Shown here one piece after another: positions 61,652-64,000 of a stretch of DNA of 64,000 bases. Position 1 is the stretch's first letter. Each line of letters opens with the position of its first letter. Under the pieces are notes generated by a model. That model was not told where the DNA came from and did no database searches. It saw nothing but the letters and a program-made list of their open reading frames with translations. Source of the DNA: Alphaproteobacteria bacterium (lineage in GTDB: Bacteria; Pseudomonadota; Alphaproteobacteria; MPNO01; UBA830); NCBI GenBank assembly GCA_965243135.1, contig OZ251539.1:4768001-4832000 (forward strand), read 5' to 3'. Both the position numbers and the translations under genes were made by a program.

Positions 61652-61883
61652 CAGAACTCCTGACATGCTACCCGATAATCGGTTGTTTTTGTTTATTCTT
61701 TGTGCAATCGCCATTAAATATTTTATTGAACACGCGTCAGGGCGGCATGGTCGCGCCTTGTCTTCTTGCCCGACAACGCAGTCTCGTTCGCGGCTACCTT
61801 CGGCTTTTCGAGCGGTCCATCACCGCGCCTTTCCCAAGAAGTGTCGAACGTCCAGTAAAAATCTAACAATGTCAGGAGTTCTG
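61652..61883. mobile_element. 232-bp MITE-like element
   Basis: Perfect 15-bp terminal IRs CAGAACTCCTGACAT / ATGTCAGGAGTTCTG, flanked by AAATT direct repeats (61647-61651, 61884-61888); non-coding, partly AT-rich interior. Confidence 0.82.
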
Positions 61884-61970
61884 AAATTGCAGGACCTGTT
61901 CCGTGGCACCGTGCGCGTTCCTGCTTTTCGGGTTATCCTTGCCCGGCAGCGTAGCGAAAGCCGCCCGACC

Positions 61971-63478
61971 ATGCGCTTCTTCAATACCGAGGGGCCGATC
62001 AAGCCCGAATGGCACTATTGCATCCCGTCGCTGGAACGCCTGGATATGGACGAGGTGCTGCGGCTCGTTCGGAACGGGAGGTATTTCGTGCTGCACGCTC
62101 CGAGGCAGACGGGCAAGACTTCCGTACTGATCGCCCTGCAGGGTCTGCTGAACGAACAAGGCTACCATTGCCTGTACGCCACCGTCGAAGAGGCGGCCAG
62201 CGGCCTCGAAGACGTGGAACGGACGGTGCGGACGGTGCTCGACAATCTGGCTTACGAGGCGCAGGAGGCGCTCGACGATTCCTTTCTGGCGGAAGTCTGG
62301 TCCACGATACTCGCCGAATCCGGCCCCGACCGGGCTTTGGGAATAGCGCTGCAGAGATGGGCGGAGGCATCGCCGAAGCCGCTGGTGCTGCTGATCGACG
62401 AGATCGACGCCTTGCAGGGCGGATCGCTGCTTTCGGTGCTCCGGCAGTTGCGCGCGGGTTACCGCAGGCGTCCGGGAGGCTTTCCGCAAAGCGTGGTGCT
62501 GTGCGGGATGCGGGACATGCGCGACTACCGCATCGACTCGACGGGCAACCCCTTCAACGTCGCCGCGAAGTCGCTGCGTCTGGGCGACTTCAGCCGGGAG
62601 GAGGCGCTGGCGCTGCTCGGCCAGCATACCGCCGAGACGGGGCAGGCGTTCACGGCGGAGGCGCAGGAGACGGTGTGGGAGCAGACCCTTGGCCAGCCGT
62701 GGTTGGTGAACGCGCTGGCGCAGGAAGCCTGCTTCGAGAACGCGGCCGGGCGCGACCGCTCGCGCGCCGTGACGGGCTGCGACATCGCCGACGCGCGGGA
62801 GCGGCTCATCCTGAGCCGGGTGACGCATCTGGACTATTTGGCGTACAGGCTGGAAGAAGACCGCCTTCGGCAGGTGATCGAGCCGATCCTCGCCGGCGAA
62901 GACGAGAGCGCCATCGCCGACCGGGACGTTAAATACCTGCGGGATCTGGGCCTGCTCGCGAAGGACGGGCCGCTCCGCATCGCCAATCCGGTCTATGCCG
63001 AGGTGATCCGCGCGAACTGACTTGGAAGGCGCAAGCGGCGCTCAGGCAGGGCCTGGTGCGTCGGCGGCGGCCTCGACACGGCGAAGGGCGGCGTTCCAGA
63101 CGTTCTTCCGCGAGAATCACTGGAAGGACCGCTTCGCGTACCCGGAGGCCTGGCTGCAGCTTCTGTTGCAGGCGTTTCTGCAACGGGTGCTCAACGGCGG
63201 CGGGCGGGCGGGAATTCGGGCTGGGCCGGAGGCGCGTCGACCTGCTGATCGTCTGGCCGAAGGGCGCCGGCGAGCAGAAGTTCGTGGTCGAGTGCAAGAT
63301 GCTGCGCGGGAGCCTGGAGGCGACGGTCGCCGCGGGGCTGGAGCAGGTTGCGGGCTACATGGACCGCTGCGCGGCGGAGACGGGCCACCTGGTGATCTTC
63401 GACCGCGACGAGAAGAAGCCTTGGAGCGAGAAGGTCTTCCGCCGCACGGAGTCGAACGTGGAGATCTGGGGCATGTAG
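61971..63478 (+). pseudogene. AAA-ATPase/PD-(D/E)XK nuclease, C-terminal part frameshifted
   Basis: MRFFNTEGP, HAPRQTGKTS, LIDEIDAL, GQPWLVNAL, IANPVYAEVI with early stop at 63020; fragments EAWLQLLLQAFLQRVLNGGG and RRVDLLI...VVECK...IWGM* in other frames. Confidence 0.88.
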
Positions 63479-63539
63479 CCGATGGCGCTGCCAAGGGGCA
63501 GCCGGGAGTCGCAAGCTGCTTGCTTGCGATTCGTAGGTT

Positions 63540-63772
63540 GTGTCCGGCTGAGTATCCGTGGCATAAGGCTCTGTGTGACAATGAAAGACAAGTACGCGAA
63601 GCGTTCGAGGATTCTCGGGCCAAGATCCTGCCGCTACTTTGCCGCCGACCTCACAGCCCTTCAAGCGGCGGCCGTGAGCGGCCTGAACCGCAACACCGCC
63701 ACGGAAAGCGGCGGCATGGCGCTGGAAGCGCGGACTCTGGACGGTTCAAGAAAGAGCTCCTCAGCCGCACCG
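63540..63772 (+). mobile_element. Internally deleted IS1595/IS1016-type remnant
   Basis: MKDKYAKRSRI...RYFAADLTALQAAAVSGLNRNT resembles an IS1595-family transposase N-terminus; imperfect IR TGTCCGGCTGAG / CTCAGCCGCACC. Confidence 0.6.
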
Positions 63773-63908
63773 GAGACGGCAACTCATCCCTGATCCGTAT
63801 AGTGTCACTTTGCGCTTGACATCCGGTCAAAGAAATACCATCATTTACAACAACGGTATCTGCAAGCGATTACGGACGCCGGCATAACTACAGCAAGGAA
63901 ATCGATGA

Positions 63909-64000
63909 ATGAGAATTCTGGACGTGAGACACAAAGGCCTCGAACGCTTGATGGAGGATGATGACCGTTCCGGTCTTCCCGCGCAGTATATAGACAAGAT
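63909..64000 (+). CDS. HigB/RelE-type toxin, 5' part (runs off the window)
   Basis: MRILDVRHKGLERLMEDDDRSGLPAQYIDK resembles the HigB N-terminus (RHKGL). Confidence 0.75.
   Translation, partial: MRILDVRHKGLERLMEDDDRSGLPAQYIDK

Noticed and set aside
61209-61970. 254-aa N-terminal extension of the AAA-ATPase ORF
   Set aside because: Chance open frame running through the MITE; the family start MRFFNT is at 61971.

Overview
GC-rich, probably alphaproteobacterial chromosomal window; the taxon is inferred from gene content only. The backbone has a cobalamin cluster (cbtAB, cobW, cobN, cobQ, cobD, cbiX, cobH, cobL, cobI, cbiG-cobJ, cobM) and a small catabolic cluster (SDR, cyclase, HisD-like dehydrogenase, cupin). 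It continues with moaB, a lytic transglycosylase, uracil-DNA glycosylase, TPR-ispE, tRNA-Gln, tusA, an MFS transporter, a UbiD-family decarboxylase and a TAXI-TRAP/USP operon. Accessory DNA interrupts the backbone repeatedly. (1) A lower-GC four-gene operon inside the cob cluster has a ZorA/ZorB-like (MotA/MotB-OmpA) pair preceded by a polytopic membrane protein and a membrane-anchored vWA-like protein instead of the known Zorya partner genes; this is the best candidate for an undescribed system. (2) A ~10 kb island between ispE and tRNA-Gln holds a decayed group II intron, a TIR-like gene directly behind an orphan type I-E-like CRISPR mini-array, an autotransporter, and a decayed TIR gene next to an intact membrane effector-like gene. 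(3) The window also has five toxin-antitoxin loci, three AAA-ATPase/PD-(D/E)XK genes (two broken), an intact IS1380, a MITE and an IS1595-type remnant. Two accessory modules are bracketed by duplicated 3' ends of housekeeping genes (cobM, moaB). All family calls come from motif recognition by eye; no database searches were run.
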